Counted from the first letter of the stretch, positions 1 through 13,429 are shown. The stretch is DNA of 64,000 nt from Camelus dromedarius (GCF_036321535.1 NC_087436.1:29204001-29268000); one strand, 5' to 3'. Notes: a model not told the origin generated them from the letters alone. A program made the numbers and translations.

Positions 1-268
1 TCTGTAAGAACAAAGTGATGGGTCATCGTGGCCGCTTACCAGATCAAGAAGGAATGTTATTTTTTAGGAGTTGTCCTATTGGTGCTTGGAGGATGTTGCT
101 CTTTATGGTTGAGCAGGGGTTTCGGCCGGGGGTGGGGTGGGAGGGTTTGGTTCATGCATAGTACAGATACCCAGTGCACAGGAGAGGGGAGGGAGGGGCC
201 AAAGGGCAGAGAAGAGTTTTTATGTTTATATTTTTCTTGTCTTGCCATAAAATATGAATTTTATTTCA
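1..268 (-). mobile_element. ERV1-class LTR, 5' part (cut by window edge)
   Basis: Minus strand begins TGAAATAAAATTCATATTTTATGGCAAGACAAGAAAAAT, resembling cetartiodactyl ERV1 LTR starts (recalled); GC-richer than the flank. Confidence 0.6.
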
Positions 269-1467
269 CAGCTGTTTGTGTAATTTCTATATTTTCCTGA
301 CATTTCTTCATCAAATTAGACCTAAAAACCAAACAAATTGCCTACAAAAACAATGCTAATAATGTGAGAAAAAGATAAAGCCGGGAGTCATTTAAGTTCA
401 CGCAGTGCAGTAAAAAGAACATGGCTTTAGTTTTACTGTCACATTGCACTCACACGGATGTGTGAAAAGAAATTGAGGACACTGCATGTGAAAAAGAGAA
501 AATTCTAATCCTGCTACTTCTCATCAGCCTTGTAAAACACAAACTAATGCACTTAGTAAGAGAAAATCTTTTAACTGTTGTGTGCAAGAAAATCTGATTT
601 TTTTTTTCAAAAGCAGTCAGAACATGAGTTAAGTGCTGATTTACTGTTTCACACAATAGAATCCAGTCCTTCTTGTTATGCCCATTAAACTAAGAATTGC
701 TGAAGAAAGCAAACATCTGACAAGGGACAAAGTCTATTTGAGCTTATAGTTTTGCCTTCGGCCAGAAAGGGAAGGGAAATCCTTTCTAAACTTTCTAACC
801 ATATGTGGTAGTTGTCTTGCTAAAAGGGAAAATCTTCCTCAAGCAGTTCCCTGTAAAGAAATGTCATTATCTCCAGTAGCCCCTTTGATTATTCTGCTTA
901 CCAGTCCATCAGTCAGTTTTCTAGGAGCCGAGATGACTGTTAATGCCAGTAGTAATTATAAAGAAAATTGATCCTGTAAAAGCAACAGTTTGATAGTCAT
1001 TCCGACAAATGGCCTCTTCAGCAAATAACACCAGAACCTTTCCACACTTACAAGCTACAACAGACATAAAGCAAAATGATTGCCTTGACCAGGTAGGTGA
1101 TTGAATTCTCATAAGCATAAAATACAGGACTGGTATTTTAAAGAGATATGATGAAAATCATTTAGTAGACATAGTTACTGTTCAGTATTGAAAGATTAAT
1201 AGAAAAGGAAAGATCTCTGCTCTCCAAAATATTTTCATTGTAAATTTCAAAGAGGATGAATACTAGATTTAATTGTTTACTTTTAGTGCCATGGCTTCCT
1301 GGTTTGTATTTGTAATCACACATTAATGAAGGAAAAGCTAATTTTAGGCTTCTAAGTAATACCACTGAAGTAGCAGGGCTGTAGATAACACACAAAAGTG
1401 TAATTCCCTATGATGTTAAGTATTTGCTGAATTAAGGCATTATCAGACACTGCTAGCTGAATGTATG

Positions 1468-2010
1468 TGTTACCCCAAAAGGGTAAGGTAAAAGACCCCA
1501 CTTCTTGTTATACCTGAAAGATAAGATTTCAGATGGGGAAATGGAGCATTGTGTATGAAAGATTTTAAAGGGTTTAATTAGCAAAGGGAAAGTACATGTC
1601 CAAGAATGGGAGGTGGGCTGATCCGAGGGAGATAAAGCAGTGTTGGTCTTTGTTTGCCCCTTTCTCTTATACCCTCACTTTGAGGCGGCCTTTTGATTGA
1701 TCGATGACTCTTGTCCCTGGAACGCTTAGTCATGTTTGGCCCCTTTGAGCATGTCCTTACCCGTGGTGTACACAGAAAAAGCTAACCCACAATGCTAATT
1801 ATATCACAGTGAGCATTGGGTCATGTCCAGTTAGGTCCTTCTCACTACCGCACAGTCGCAGCTTCGGGTCCTAACTGGTTCCTTGCTGGCACTCATTTAG
1901 AGGAAGTAAAGCCCCTTTATGCTGGCGGTGGGCATAATGCCATGTTCTGGACCATCCTCCCTCACTTACACCTATCTGCCCGGTGCCCTCACTTAACTAA
2001 CTACCTAACG
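1468..2010 (-). mobile_element. ERV1-class solo LTR
   Basis: TGTTAC...CCTAACG termini (TG...CA decayed), near 4-bp TSD tatg/tgtg, about 540 bp, GC-richer than flanks. Confidence 0.7.
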
Positions 2011-2056
2011 TGTGGAGCAAGCTTTACTCCCTAACACGTCTGGTGTTACACGAGTC

Positions 2057-2150
2057 TTTTTTTCTTCTTCTTCATCTTTTAATTTTTACTGTTTAATTTT
2101 TCCAGTTTTATTGAGATATAATTGACATATAATATTGAAATAATTTAAGG
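2057..2150 (-). mobile_element. short L1 3' end fragment
   Basis: T-rich tail followed by ttttattgagatataattgacatataat, typical of L1 3' termini. Confidence 0.6.
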
Positions 2151-2499
2151 GATTACTCTGAGACAGTGAATATGGTAGCTGTGAATGTTCACAGTCCCCA
2201 AACATTAAACTCTGAAATCTCATCATTTATCTTAATAGTCTGAGACAGTTGTCCTAGAATATTAAGGGTTTTAACAGAGTCAATGGCGAATGTTCATTTT
2301 TCTGAATTTTATAGTATTTTTTTGAAATTTGTGTTCGTATGACTAGTTCATCCAAGCCCAATGCCTGTGAATTTAGCTATATTCCCATAGGCTACTAACA
2401 TTAAGCCATTGTTTACACGTGGCCACTTGTAAAAGCAAGCACTCGGCCAGAGAAAAATAATGGGACTTAGCGCAGACAAATAACAGTGATTAATTGATG

Positions 2500-2770
2500 C
2501 TGAATTTCTGCAGATGCCTATCACGTGCCTTGCAGTTGGCTAAATTCTTTGATATAACTCATCTCATCTTTAAAGGAAAGGGTGAGCGCTCGCATTTCAC
2601 ATGTTTACAGACCATCGAACTGAGGTTCCAACTGAAAGCATCTACCTGAATTTGTATAGATGCTCTTTTTATTTCTCAACTGTGCACCTTGTTATAGGCA
2701 CTCAATAAGCAATTGATGAGAGGGAAATAGCTAAATGAATAACTGAATAACTAAATAAATGAAAGAATGG
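2500..2770. mobile_element. decayed MIR (-) followed by L2 3' end (+)
   Basis: tttacag...aactgagg MIR core-like; taggcactcaataa...tgaataa repeats as in L2 tails. Confidence 0.45.
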
Positions 2771-4919
2771 GCGTAGAAGTTTAGTAGGGTGTACATTATT
2801 CAATTTGTACATATTCCTGGCAATTAAAAAAAATACATGTCTAAAACTGCTGTTACTATCATTTGTATCAAATAATGTGTACTATCAGTTTAATATATTA
2901 TATCATAACATTCATTTCAGTACTTTTAACTAAATCAACTGTAATAATACTTTTAGAAAATAACTTTATTCCAATGATGTTAGAAAACAGAATATTAGCC
3001 TTCTCAAATAAATTGAATATACTGGTTTAAACATCTTCTGTGTATGCTGAGAAATAACAAAGCGTAAATAGGAAAATAAGTTTTTTTCCCCTAAATTGAT
3101 GCCTTACTTATCATGGATCATGATAAACAATTGTTTTTTGAACATCACAAGGTTCCTTTTTAACATAAATATTAACCATTATAAATATACCCTGAATATT
3201 TTAGGTTCCATTAAAATTTTACTAATTATCTATTATGTATGAGTTTTAAAGTATATTTTATTGGAAATATTTGCATTTGAAGTTATAATTACAGCAACAA
3301 AGTTAGAGTATGTAAGATATGTACCTACTGACACATGTATAAATACTCTGGCATAAATAAGAAAATGCCACTTTTTAAAAAATATACTCTAAAATCTTCC
3401 CTTATATTTGAGGATAAATTTAATGTATTAGATCCTGATGAACATGCTTGTTTTTTAATCTTTCTGGTAAATTTTGTCAATTTTAATCATGAACCAACCT
3501 TCTAATGTTGAGGGTAGTTTGCACATTGATTTTTAATGACTTATTAAGGAAAAAAAAAAACACTTGAAAATTGAAATACAGTACACATAACTGACCTTGT
3601 GGAATGGGAATTGTAAATTGATTTAATCCTATTATATCATCTCAAGTGTTACTTCAATCATTTGAGTTTGGAGAATATAATTTTACTTATGGTATGTCTA
3701 GATTTATGCAAAATGAACTATCTTTTTATTAACAAAACACCCAGTGCTTCTCAGGACAATTAGTACAAAACTGAGTGACTGAATTAACAAATGTTATAAT
3801 CTAATATTATGGACTATATTTCCTTACTTAAAGAGTATTAAGGAACTGTTGATCTTTATTGTGTGGTTAAGTCTTATGAGCACTTCCTGGTATAATTATG
3901 TGCGTGGGTCAGGATATCAGTGAACATATTTGGTGGAGGTTAATAATTTCTACTAACGAATTCATCAATTAAAGTATTATTTATGGTAATATTGTCACTT
4001 TTTGTTAAAGGACATTTTATCATTGTTATTAATGAACAAATTATAATACATTTCAAATATTAACAGCAGAATTTGAATTTAATAATTTAAAAAATTGATT
4101 CAGTTACCTTATAATTTATGGCCTTAGGGTTAAAACAATACCCAAAAGAATAAACAGAATTTGTTCTTTCCTCACTTCAGTATTTACCACTATCGGTTTT
4201 ATGCTACAGTGTTTATAGACCTAAGATTTCTAACTTTTATTAAATCTCCCAATCAGTTCATTGTTGAGGAAAACCTTTTTTATTTTTTCCAATTTTCTTT
4301 GTATTTCCAAATTACTAGTTTTAATTGCTGAAGAAAGAGATTTGTTGCAATGAGATCAACCATTCTTTGGGTCAGGTTTTATAACCTTATAACGTCATCT
4401 CAAACAGAGATATTCCTCACTTCCTGAAGCACATCAATAGCATACTTAAAACATAAATCTGCCTTTTTATTCATCTGCCCATATTTGAAATCTACACTGT
4501 CAATAACAAAAATATAATTAAAATAAGTAAATTTTGAGACAATTGGTGATTTTGTTATATTTGACTTTAAAAGTCGTATGAAGTAATAGCGGATAAAACA
4601 ATATAGGATTAAAAAAAAGGACACATTTCCTGAAGTCCTGAGAAAACAGATGTACAAACAGCATCACTCTGTGAGTATAAATACTCAAGAGGGACAGGCA
4701 GTAGGTTTCTCCACCCCCTGTTGCTCTTGTGAGAACAAATATCTAAACACAGAGGTTTGTCAAGTTAGTAACCCATGCAAAGCCCTTCTGGGGAAAATAG
4801 GACAGCATAGCAATAATGGAGGAAGTAATAGTACCTGGGAAACAACTACAATCTCTGTTTAAAAGGATAAATCCATTCAACTAAAGAATAGTGTATACTT
4901 GATCAATGACCTCTTTATG

Positions 4920-5330
4920 TGTACATAGGGATGGGCATAATGCTGTTTTGGAGAGTGGTTGCCAAATTAACGTGTGATATTTAGTAGACAATTTGTGTTG
5001 CTCATTATTTAGTGTGTAGGTCGTGGCTCTGCTGGACTTAGTTTAAAGATTAGCTGGGCTTGACTCAAGGCTTCACATTTGATTCCTGTTTATGCTCTGT
5101 CTGCTCATCTTGAGGCAGTGGCTGTCTGGAGCATACTCTCAAAATGAAGGTCAAAAAGGCAAGAGTGAAAAGCCAAGCACTATGAGCACACTTCACATCT
5201 CTGTGGTGGTCACCTCTGTCTGCTAATAATCCACTGGCTAAAGTGAGTCACGGGGCCACATCCAAACCCAGTGGGGCACCTGGGTTCACTCCTCCTGCAG
5301 AGAGGCAGCCATAGCAAAGGTGAGGACAAA
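4920..5330 (-). mobile_element. old MaLR LTR (MLT1H-L-like)
   Basis: tctgctaataatccactggctaaagtgagtcacggggcc resembles the MLT1 consensus. Confidence 0.6.
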
Positions 5331-5887
5331 AGACAATTGTAAGCTAGCAGTACAGCTCTGCCCTGTTGATCATGTTGACTCGTTTCCTTTCTATTTAAAA
5401 ACACATTTACTTCTCCAAATCATCAGAAAATCTTATCCCATTGTGGCAATATTCACTTACGGAGCTGTTGTAAGGATAAGTAAGAATAAACAGAGCCAGC
5501 ACACATCCTCAAACATAGCAGTTATGTTCTGTGGCTATTAACACCAGTCATAATAATGATAAATATAATATTTAATTTTATTTTAATGTTAATACAATTA
5601 AACACCTTTCTATATTTTTATCTGAAACATGATCACCATACTATATTAGACAATATTTTATTTAAATCTTTCAGTATTTCGATAATATGCTTATTTGTTC
5701 ACTACAAGCGCAGTAACTCCTGACTGAGGGGAAAAAAGAAAATTGAATCAAATGAGTTAGACAGATGTCTTCAGACTTAACTTGCAAATGGAATTGATTC
5801 CCAGGGAATGCAAAATCCCTGGAAGCACAGTAAGTGAAATTTTACCGTGACAATGAATCTTACCCATGCAATCTACTCCAAAGAGAC

Positions 5888-5888
<1 letters not shown>

Positions 5889-5933
<45 letters not shown>
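5889..5933. repeat. (AC)22 microsatellite
   Basis: direct observation. Confidence 0.98.
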
Positions 5934-5935
<2 letters not shown>

Positions 5936-6309
5936 TTTCCCTAGCAAATATAGATTTACACATATGTAAGTTCAAAGTTAATCTACTTTATGAATTTACA
6001 AGCATGCGAGAATTATTGTGAATGAATAAGCAATACATGAAGCACAATTTACAACAAACAATTGGTAATATTGCCAAGCTTAAACTATTTCATTTTCACA
6101 TCCTATGCAGTAATTGAAAATGCTGTTTGGTCTTTTGGTTGTGCCACAACCAGCTAGCTTTCAAGTGATGAAAATTATGTCCATTTTTCCCCTTTTGCTT
6201 TGCTCTTCTTCCCAGCTGCCAGATGGATGTGTGCATTGGCCTCCACCACATCATCAGAATCTCTGCTTAAATTCTAGTGAGCTGTGAGTGCTCCATTACC
6301 CATTGCCTT

Positions 6310-6530
6310 CTGCCCCATTTGATCCAGGCGCATTTGCCACTTTGATGCCTTCACAGTACAAACAAGGTGCACTAATCAAAGCTTCCCTGTTCCATCCTGG
6401 GAGAACCTCTCATCATTGCCGAGGTTTCAAATCTGGTGCACAACATTACGACTTCATTTTGTTCCCTTTGATCCTATCAGCCTGACCCTTTGATCCATGT
6501 GCTGCACTAACTGGACTCATCAAAGCTTTC
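6310..6530. promoter_or_regulatory. homotypic TCF/LEF motif cluster, candidate Wnt-responsive enhancer
   Basis: CTTTGAT at 6340, 6466 and 6488; ATCAAAG at 6375 and 6519; near-match ATTTGAT at 6317; no repeat family recognised. Confidence 0.5.
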
Positions 6531-7066
6531 ACACTCTTGTTTTTGACAGACAGTGACAAAGATTCCAGCAAGATGAGGGACTTTTACTTTTCTTGTTTCT
6601 GTTGAATTTTCAGTATCAGTTGTTTTCTGTTTAATTTTGGACCTAGAGTATGTTCATTAGTTTTATTGGTGTTATATTTTTAAATGTATATTTATTTTTA
6701 GCTAAGGCTTGCCAAAGGCAATTAAATATACCCAGATCAGAGTTGTATATCTCATAATGGTTTAATGCACCATGGGTGTTTAATCAATGAGTCTAAAATG
6801 CCACTAGCTTAACAGAAACAATTAGTGGTATGTAAAGCAACTGTGCTGTATGAGCTAGAATATTGTAAAGCTCCACCTTGGGAAAATATGCTTCATCTAA
6901 TGACCTGCATCAGAAAATAGTTTTTGTCTTCCTGTGATATAATTAGAAAGACTTTAGCATGTATTTTAAATATACTGACTGTCTAAGTAAGAAGGGAAAA
7001 TGTGTTTAGGATTACATTAGAAGATTGGCTTGCTCCAGTTTTCTTGCTTACGCTTCTTTCTTTCAG

Positions 7067-8141
7067 GCTTGGAAAACTTAATGTGCATATTTTCTTGCAT
7101 AACTTTTTCATGAGCTGTATCAAATTATATTCATTCAGTGACCTATTTGACTTGTTAAACAGTGGAAATAAAAGCTCGAGGAGACGTATAAGATCACCAG
7201 AGATTCTAATTTTCTTAAATCCCCTAACTTCTAAATCCTAGTAACAGAAATTCCCTAGTTCTGAAGGAATTATGAAGGGAAATTTTTATTCCAATGGGTA
7301 TATTTCTAGGGCTTCTAGATGGACAGTAAATGATAAAAGTTGGTCCCTTGGAGAGGTGCTATCTATAAGAGAAAGAGAGGATATCAGTGAATCTGCAACT
7401 GATAAGATTGCTATATACCATTATTTTCTGTATATCTGTAAAAAATAAAGAATTATGTTACTTTTTTTCCTGTCTCAGACGCTAAGAAAGTAATAAACAA
7501 AATGATTAGAAGGTAAACTATTACCAAGAAGCATCGCCATGTGTATATACAGTAATGATCTCTTGGGATTTTTAGACACTAAGCAGAAGAAATCACTCAA
7601 CTAGTAGGAACTTACGTTTCCATTCTCCATTAGAAGTAGTAGAAATGTCTGCAACAAAGATTGTAATTTACTAAGTGAAATACACTGAGCAAAATATACT
7701 AGCCTAGTTATAACTATGTGCCTCCTGGTGGTTACGCACAGAACTGCACAGGTGGGAGTCACCCGCTTATCATCTGGGAACTTCATGCTTTGTAATAGAC
7801 AACAGACAAGGTCTACCAGTGACAAGTCACTCATAATTTACCAATATGATTTCACCTAACCAAAATATATTAATGAAGAGATGATTTGTCCCTGTCTTTA
7901 GTAACTTATATCCTTAGACTAGGGAGTACGTGTTTTAATGAGGTAGAGAATGTTCGGAATATTTAGGATAATCATGAAGCAATGACTTAAGCAAGACCTA
8001 TAGGTGCACCGAGGACATGTTGTCACACTTATCTGATGGGAAGAGGAAGAAAAGCTAGAACAAAAAGTGTCTAATTGTCTCTGTAGTCTGAGAAAGACAG
8101 TGTCTAAGTTTCTTGACAAAGGCAGTCCTGAAAATGACATG
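7067..8141 (+). pseudogene. candidate large fossil exon
   Basis: Strong acceptor cttctttctttcag| at 7066 and donor ATG|gtatgt at 8142; ends EEEEKLEQKVSNCLCSLRKTVSKFLDKGSPENDM; interior has stops and frameshifts. Confidence 0.3.
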
Positions 8142-8249
8142 GTATGTATGTTTTGACCTTTTGGAGTTTTGACCATCAAGGATAACTTAAAGTCTAAGTT
8201 CCTCAGAGGTGGTTTTTCTGCCTCACATTATCTTTTAGCATTTTTCCCT

Positions 8250-8469
8250 CCTACAACTCTGGTAGGAATGGTAGTTAAATGATTACAACTCTTTTCACAG
8301 TTACTTGATCCAAGTCAGTGATTGGTTTGTTGGGCACATTCTCAGGCAGGGTCAGATATCTGTTCAGATCCCCCTAACAGATTCAGGATTTTGAATCACA
8401 ATGGATGGCAAGAGGGCCTCTACTTTTCTTTGATGAGGAGATGTAAGAGCTATGCAACTCTGGGCAGGG

Positions 8470-8501
<32 letters not shown>

Positions 8502-8750
8502 GTTGGAGGATTGGAGGGATCTATGTAGAGAACTTGCTGGAGAACCAAGCCTACATATTACAAATCAGAGCTAAAAGATGGCAAAGCATGAGAGCAGTAG
8601 ATGGTTAACGAGTCACATCAACTAAGCTGGACCCTACTATATCTAAAACCAGCCTAAACCTATAGGTTTTAACTATATAAGCCCATACACTAACTGTTTT
8701 GCCTTTAAGATCATTGATTTGAGTTTAATTCATCTGTAATTGAAAGCTTT
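8250..8750 (+). mobile_element. old MaLR LTR (MLT1J/K-like) with internal imperfect (GT)n at 8469-8500
   Basis: 3' end ...taagcccatacac...gcctttaagatc...catctgtaattgaaag resembles MLT1 3' ends. Confidence 0.5.
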
Positions 8751-9149
8751 GTTTACAAAGTTCTAAATTTATTAGATACTTGTTTAAGTTCTCAACTTAA
8801 TGTATTAGTTTTATGCAATACTTTCATATGATATAATATTCTTAAGAGAGGAAGATTGCTAGGATTTTTGTCAACATTATAGGACAAATAAGGGACAAAT
8901 AACAAACAGCCAAAGTAGAAGTGTTAGAATTGGAGCCATAGTAAAATTGAGTTCATATACCTATTTAATAATGTCTTTAAAATAAAGGTCATTTTTTTCT
9001 TCCATATGTCTAGAGAATCAGAGATTAAAGATAAAATTCACTTCTGTATATAATAGGCTGAAAGATGCTAGTTATGAAGTTCTAAAGATAAATTACCTTT
9101 AACTTTGCCATCTGCTTCTTAGAGAACCATACTTTAATCATCTCAAGGT

Positions 9150-10200
9150 GTTATTTTCTTCTTATTTTTTATAACAATTAACATAAGCTACTTTGATTCA
9201 AAAGAAGCATGTTCATTTTTAAAATTTGGAAATTTTCAAAAGAATGTAAATAAGATAATGGAAAGCATACAAATCCCACCACCTAGAAACTGTGCTCTAA
9301 AATAAATGACTCATCTTCTTTCTTTGAACACATGAATACATTTCTGCTCTTTGAACAGAGTACAGTTATTTTCTGTATATAAAGTGTTGCCTGTCAGTAA
9401 TAGGTAATAATGTAATATGTGGAAGACATCACAACAAGTAATTGAATAATATTTAAACACACAATTTTCCAGTATGACATTTGAAAATAATGTATCTTTG
9501 CTATTGTAATTTCCATCTTTTAATTAGTGAATTTAACAATTCTCTATATGTTGCTGGTCTTCTCCTTTTCTTTTTTACAGCTTATTCATATTGATTGTTC
9601 AGTCAGTGGACTTCTTAATTTCCTAAGTGAATATTTTAAACAGGAGATATTAAACTAACTATACTCACTGATATAACTCATACTTAGTTCTACTAGTGAA
9701 ACGTACTTAAAATTTTTTTATACACATTTTCTTTTTTCATTCCTTTCACTTAAAGATTATCATATGCTTTGCTCTTATATTTTCCAGTGTTTTGAAAACT
9801 ATATAAAGTATTTAAAATTTTGTTAGTGATTCAAAATTCAAAAATTATTTCTTTAACTGTACTTTGTAATTTTTAAACATCATCATTTAATGGATGCTAT
9901 TATTATATAAGTATATTAGGAATACTTTATTATTGGTAATATCACTTTTCACTCCTGTTTACTGGATCTCTATCTTTATCACTGTAATTTGGATTTTTTG
10001 ATTCACAGTAATTCAATCAATGATGATTATTAACATTTTCATTCAGATTTCTAACCAAATGAATAGTATTTTTCTAGGTTTAGTTTTCATTTTAATTACT
10101 TAATGTAATTAATTTATTTAATTGAAATATGATTTGCTTCTCACCTTATTTTATTTTTATTTCTTATAATTAAAAATATTTGATGAGATATGTCTGTGTT
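9150..10200 (-). mobile_element. ancient L1M fragment(s)
   Basis: T-rich, decayed L1 3'UTR/ORF2-like sequence. Confidence 0.4.
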
Positions 10201-10319
10201 TCATTATCTTTCTCAGTTTTTCCCCCTTAGGTTATTGTGAATTTTTCCATTTGCATCCAGAATCTCCTTTTCCATTCAGATATATTCTCTTTCATCATAT
10301 CCAATGCTGGAACACAGTC

Positions 10320-10430
10320 TAACTCATATTAGCCAGAATGGCACTTACAACATGTCTGGCCTTTGATAGGTGCTTGATATATACATTTATCAAATAAATT
10401 TTTTTTTAAAAAGAGTGAGTGAATGAATGG
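10320..10430 (+). mobile_element. L2 3' end
   Basis: gtctggc...taggtgcttgatat...gagtgaatgaatg tail. Confidence 0.5.
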
Positions 10431-11159
10431 GAGGGATATTTACAAGTAAAGAACCAGAAGTGAGGGTACAAAAAGAGATAAGATCATATTTGCAGTGAAT
10501 CTTTAAATCAAATTTGTCACAACTTGTCATTGTGGCATTGGTCACATGATTTATTCATTCAAGAATCATGGAAAAAGACAGTTTAGAAAAGAAATCTTTA
10601 CCATATATTAATTCTGAAATGACTGTTAGAAACTAGTGCTAAAGATGGACTCATGTGTATAAACCTGCTCTCAAGATTCAGATATGAAAAGTGGTGTTGA
10701 CTGTCACAGAGGATCTCTGTCATTTTGAAAACAAAAATAAATTAACAAATCAGAACAACAAAGTCTGGATCAAATTTGCTTCCTCAAGGCACGGGATTTA
10801 TAAAAATTATAATTGCTGCCTTTTTTACTGGCATGCTTTCTTGGCACCCGGTGTTTCACTAAATGTTTTCCATGTATTAACTCACGTTCTATTGCATCTT
10901 AATTATCATAATCTTTTCCTGTATAGTGTCTGCAATCTTCTCTCTTACGTCACCTTTTCTCATTCTGTTATTTTCCTTTTTCTTACCGTTTGATAAATGC
11001 AGTGTCTTCTTGACTTTTGAAACTCCCAGTTTTCTGAAAATTTTATGGCTAATATAATAGATACATTTCACAGTTATGTTCTCCCTTCTTCTCCTGAACA
11101 TTCAAATTGAGGTCTCCCCACTCTTTAAATTATTTCAAAATACTTATTTTAGGGTTTGG

Positions 11160-11295
11160 AATAGCATAGGATCAGGACTGACAGCAGGCTTAGGATGCTG
11201 TCTCTTATTTTGCACCTGTGTGAGTTTTTGACAACTTACATAACTTTTCTGTGTTTTCACTTTCTCATTTATTAATCAGTACCTTCTTCGAGGAT
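11160..11295 (+). mobile_element. MIR
   Basis: tgtgtgagtttttgacaacttacataacttttctgtgttttcactttctcatt matches the MIR core. Confidence 0.55.
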
Positions 11296-11640
11296 ACACG
11301 ATGACAGTTCTACAGCTCATTACTTTCATACCAGATATTTTGAACTGTCTTGTTTCTGAATGCATACTGAAAACTAACAGATTGCTAACAGGAAGCCTAC
11401 TCTGCTGCCTCAACGTTGATCCTTATGAGATATTCAGGAAAATACCAAGTCCAGAGCCAAGACTTTATTTTATGATGTTAGACATGACTGTTTCACATGT
11501 TGAAGGATTTACAGCTTTTTAAAATTCTGATACATTTGCCTCATTGTTGTAGATATTTCCTATCAAACTATAGTATTAGATTATCCCTGTAACATTAGGT
11601 TCATGATGATAAATATATCCATCATTTCCTTATATTTTTA

Positions 11641-11759
11641 CAGATAATTAAAAGGAGGAGGTAATTAACCTTTTATTTATTTAATGGAGGTACTGGGGAT
11701 TGAACTCAGGACCTTGTGCATGCTAAGCATATACTCTACCACTTAGCTATACCCTCCCC
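11641..11759 (-). mobile_element. Vic-1-type camelid tRNA-derived SINE
   Basis: Minus strand GGGGAGGGTATAGCTAAGTGGTAGAG...GAGTTCAATCCCCAGTACCTCC with Pol III A and B boxes; 20-bp TSD at 11621-11640 and 11760-11779 (1 mismatch). Confidence 0.92.
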
Positions 11760-12867
11760 ATCATTTCCTCATATTTTTATGTAAATAAATAGCTAAGAAT
11801 TTTTGATAGACTCAATATCAAACTCTAGACATTTTTTACATATATTTAAGAACATTATAGACTTCTTTTAGCAGTTTGTCAGTAAAATAATTGATTCCTC
11901 TTATGTGCATTTCAGTGTATGATCTTTTAGCACATACCTGCCAATCCTATCCCCATGATGGTTTTGTGCATTTTCAGGTGCCATTTATAATTCATACATT
12001 TTGTAATTGTTTTGAGGAACATTGAAACATTAGAACTTCTTTGTTTGTACTCTTGATTATCAGTGGGCTGTTCTGTTGTTATTTTTGCCATGTGAATGAA
12101 GACTAGTAAGAACAAAATGACGTGTTTATGGAATTAAAATGATAAATCCCTTTTAACACGATGCTCCAAACAATTGAATACACTCAGTCAGATTAAGACT
12201 TTGGTAATTAGCTGTAGTGTGTAGAGATCTGAGTAAGGCACTTACAAGTAATAAATTGTTAGTTTCTCAAAAAAGATGCAAACACTTCTCATCTTAATCT
12301 TGATGTGGACTTATATTTGTCTTTTTTTTTAGGGTTTGTTTTTAATACCTGTAAAAGCATTAGAGTAGAATTGAATACTCTTCAAATACATTTGAAAAAA
12401 AAACAGTAGGTGATCACCTATTACTCTACTATGTATCTCTCAGAAGCATATTGGCATAGCCACTTTTCATAATTTACCTATTATGTTGCATAGAACTTAA
12501 ACAGAAATTTGAATAAATGCCATCCGTATGAAGAACTATTTTAAAGAAAACAGTAGATGCATATATTTGAAGGCCTGTCTAAATGTTTATAACAACCTCA
12601 AAATATGTTTTTTTCCAGCTGAAAAAAATGAGAGAAATAATTTTAGACATTGCTATGCATGTACATTTTGGAATAAAGTGATTTAAATGAACTCATTTAA
12701 AATTCCTTGTGTGTGTGTTTTTACAGACTCTTTTATTAATAATTTGGGCAAAACTTATTTTAGTCAGATAATTTGGTTTTAAAATTTTACTAAATAATTG
12801 CAATTATTGTTTCCATAATTCCTGAGTTAGCATTTTCATTGCACTAACATAGCTCCTAGAACTTAGC

Positions 12868-12870
<3 letters not shown>

Positions 12871-12933
<63 letters not shown>
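12871..12933. repeat. (AC)31 microsatellite
   Basis: direct observation. Confidence 0.98.
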
Positions 12934-12937
<4 letters not shown>

Positions 12938-13429
12938 TTAGTTGGTAGCAGAGAATTTTGCCATGGCTTTCAGAGGGGTAATTTGAAAACCCAAAGAAAT
13001 TGCACCTTTCTTCTCACTCTGATTCTGTAATTCTTGCACTTATGATATTAACATGATGTGAATACCTGTATTTTCCTTTTCAACAAAGCATAAATCTAGA
13101 TCTCCCTGGATTCTGTAAAGAATAGAGAATGATCTTCTTTGAAGTAATGAGTTCACAAAGGAAAAAAAAAAAAACTTCAAAAGTAGTTTAACAGATACTA
13201 TGTGACATATCTCATAAGGTGAAGAATACCTTCAATAAAATCTCAGTTTGGGTTTTTTTTTCTTTTTTTCCAGAGATGGTAAAGATGTTACTCATTTCCA
13301 AAGCAACAGTTAGGAAGATGTTTTTTGCCAGAAATTACTTTTTTGGATCCGGACAACAGATTTTGAATAAAAGTGAGATAAATACTTTCAAGACTTCATA
13401 AATTTAAAAACTCATTTAAAAGTTTGTAA

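Noticed and set aside
31..248. Minus-strand exon with donor CTG|gtaagc at about 39 and ORF 57-248
   Set aside because: It lies inside an LTR, and the upstream pyrimidine tract has no AG acceptor.
11685..11759. tRNA-Ala-like gene on the minus strand
   Set aside because: It has a SINE body extension and a 20-bp TSD, so it is a tRNA-derived SINE and not a tRNA gene.
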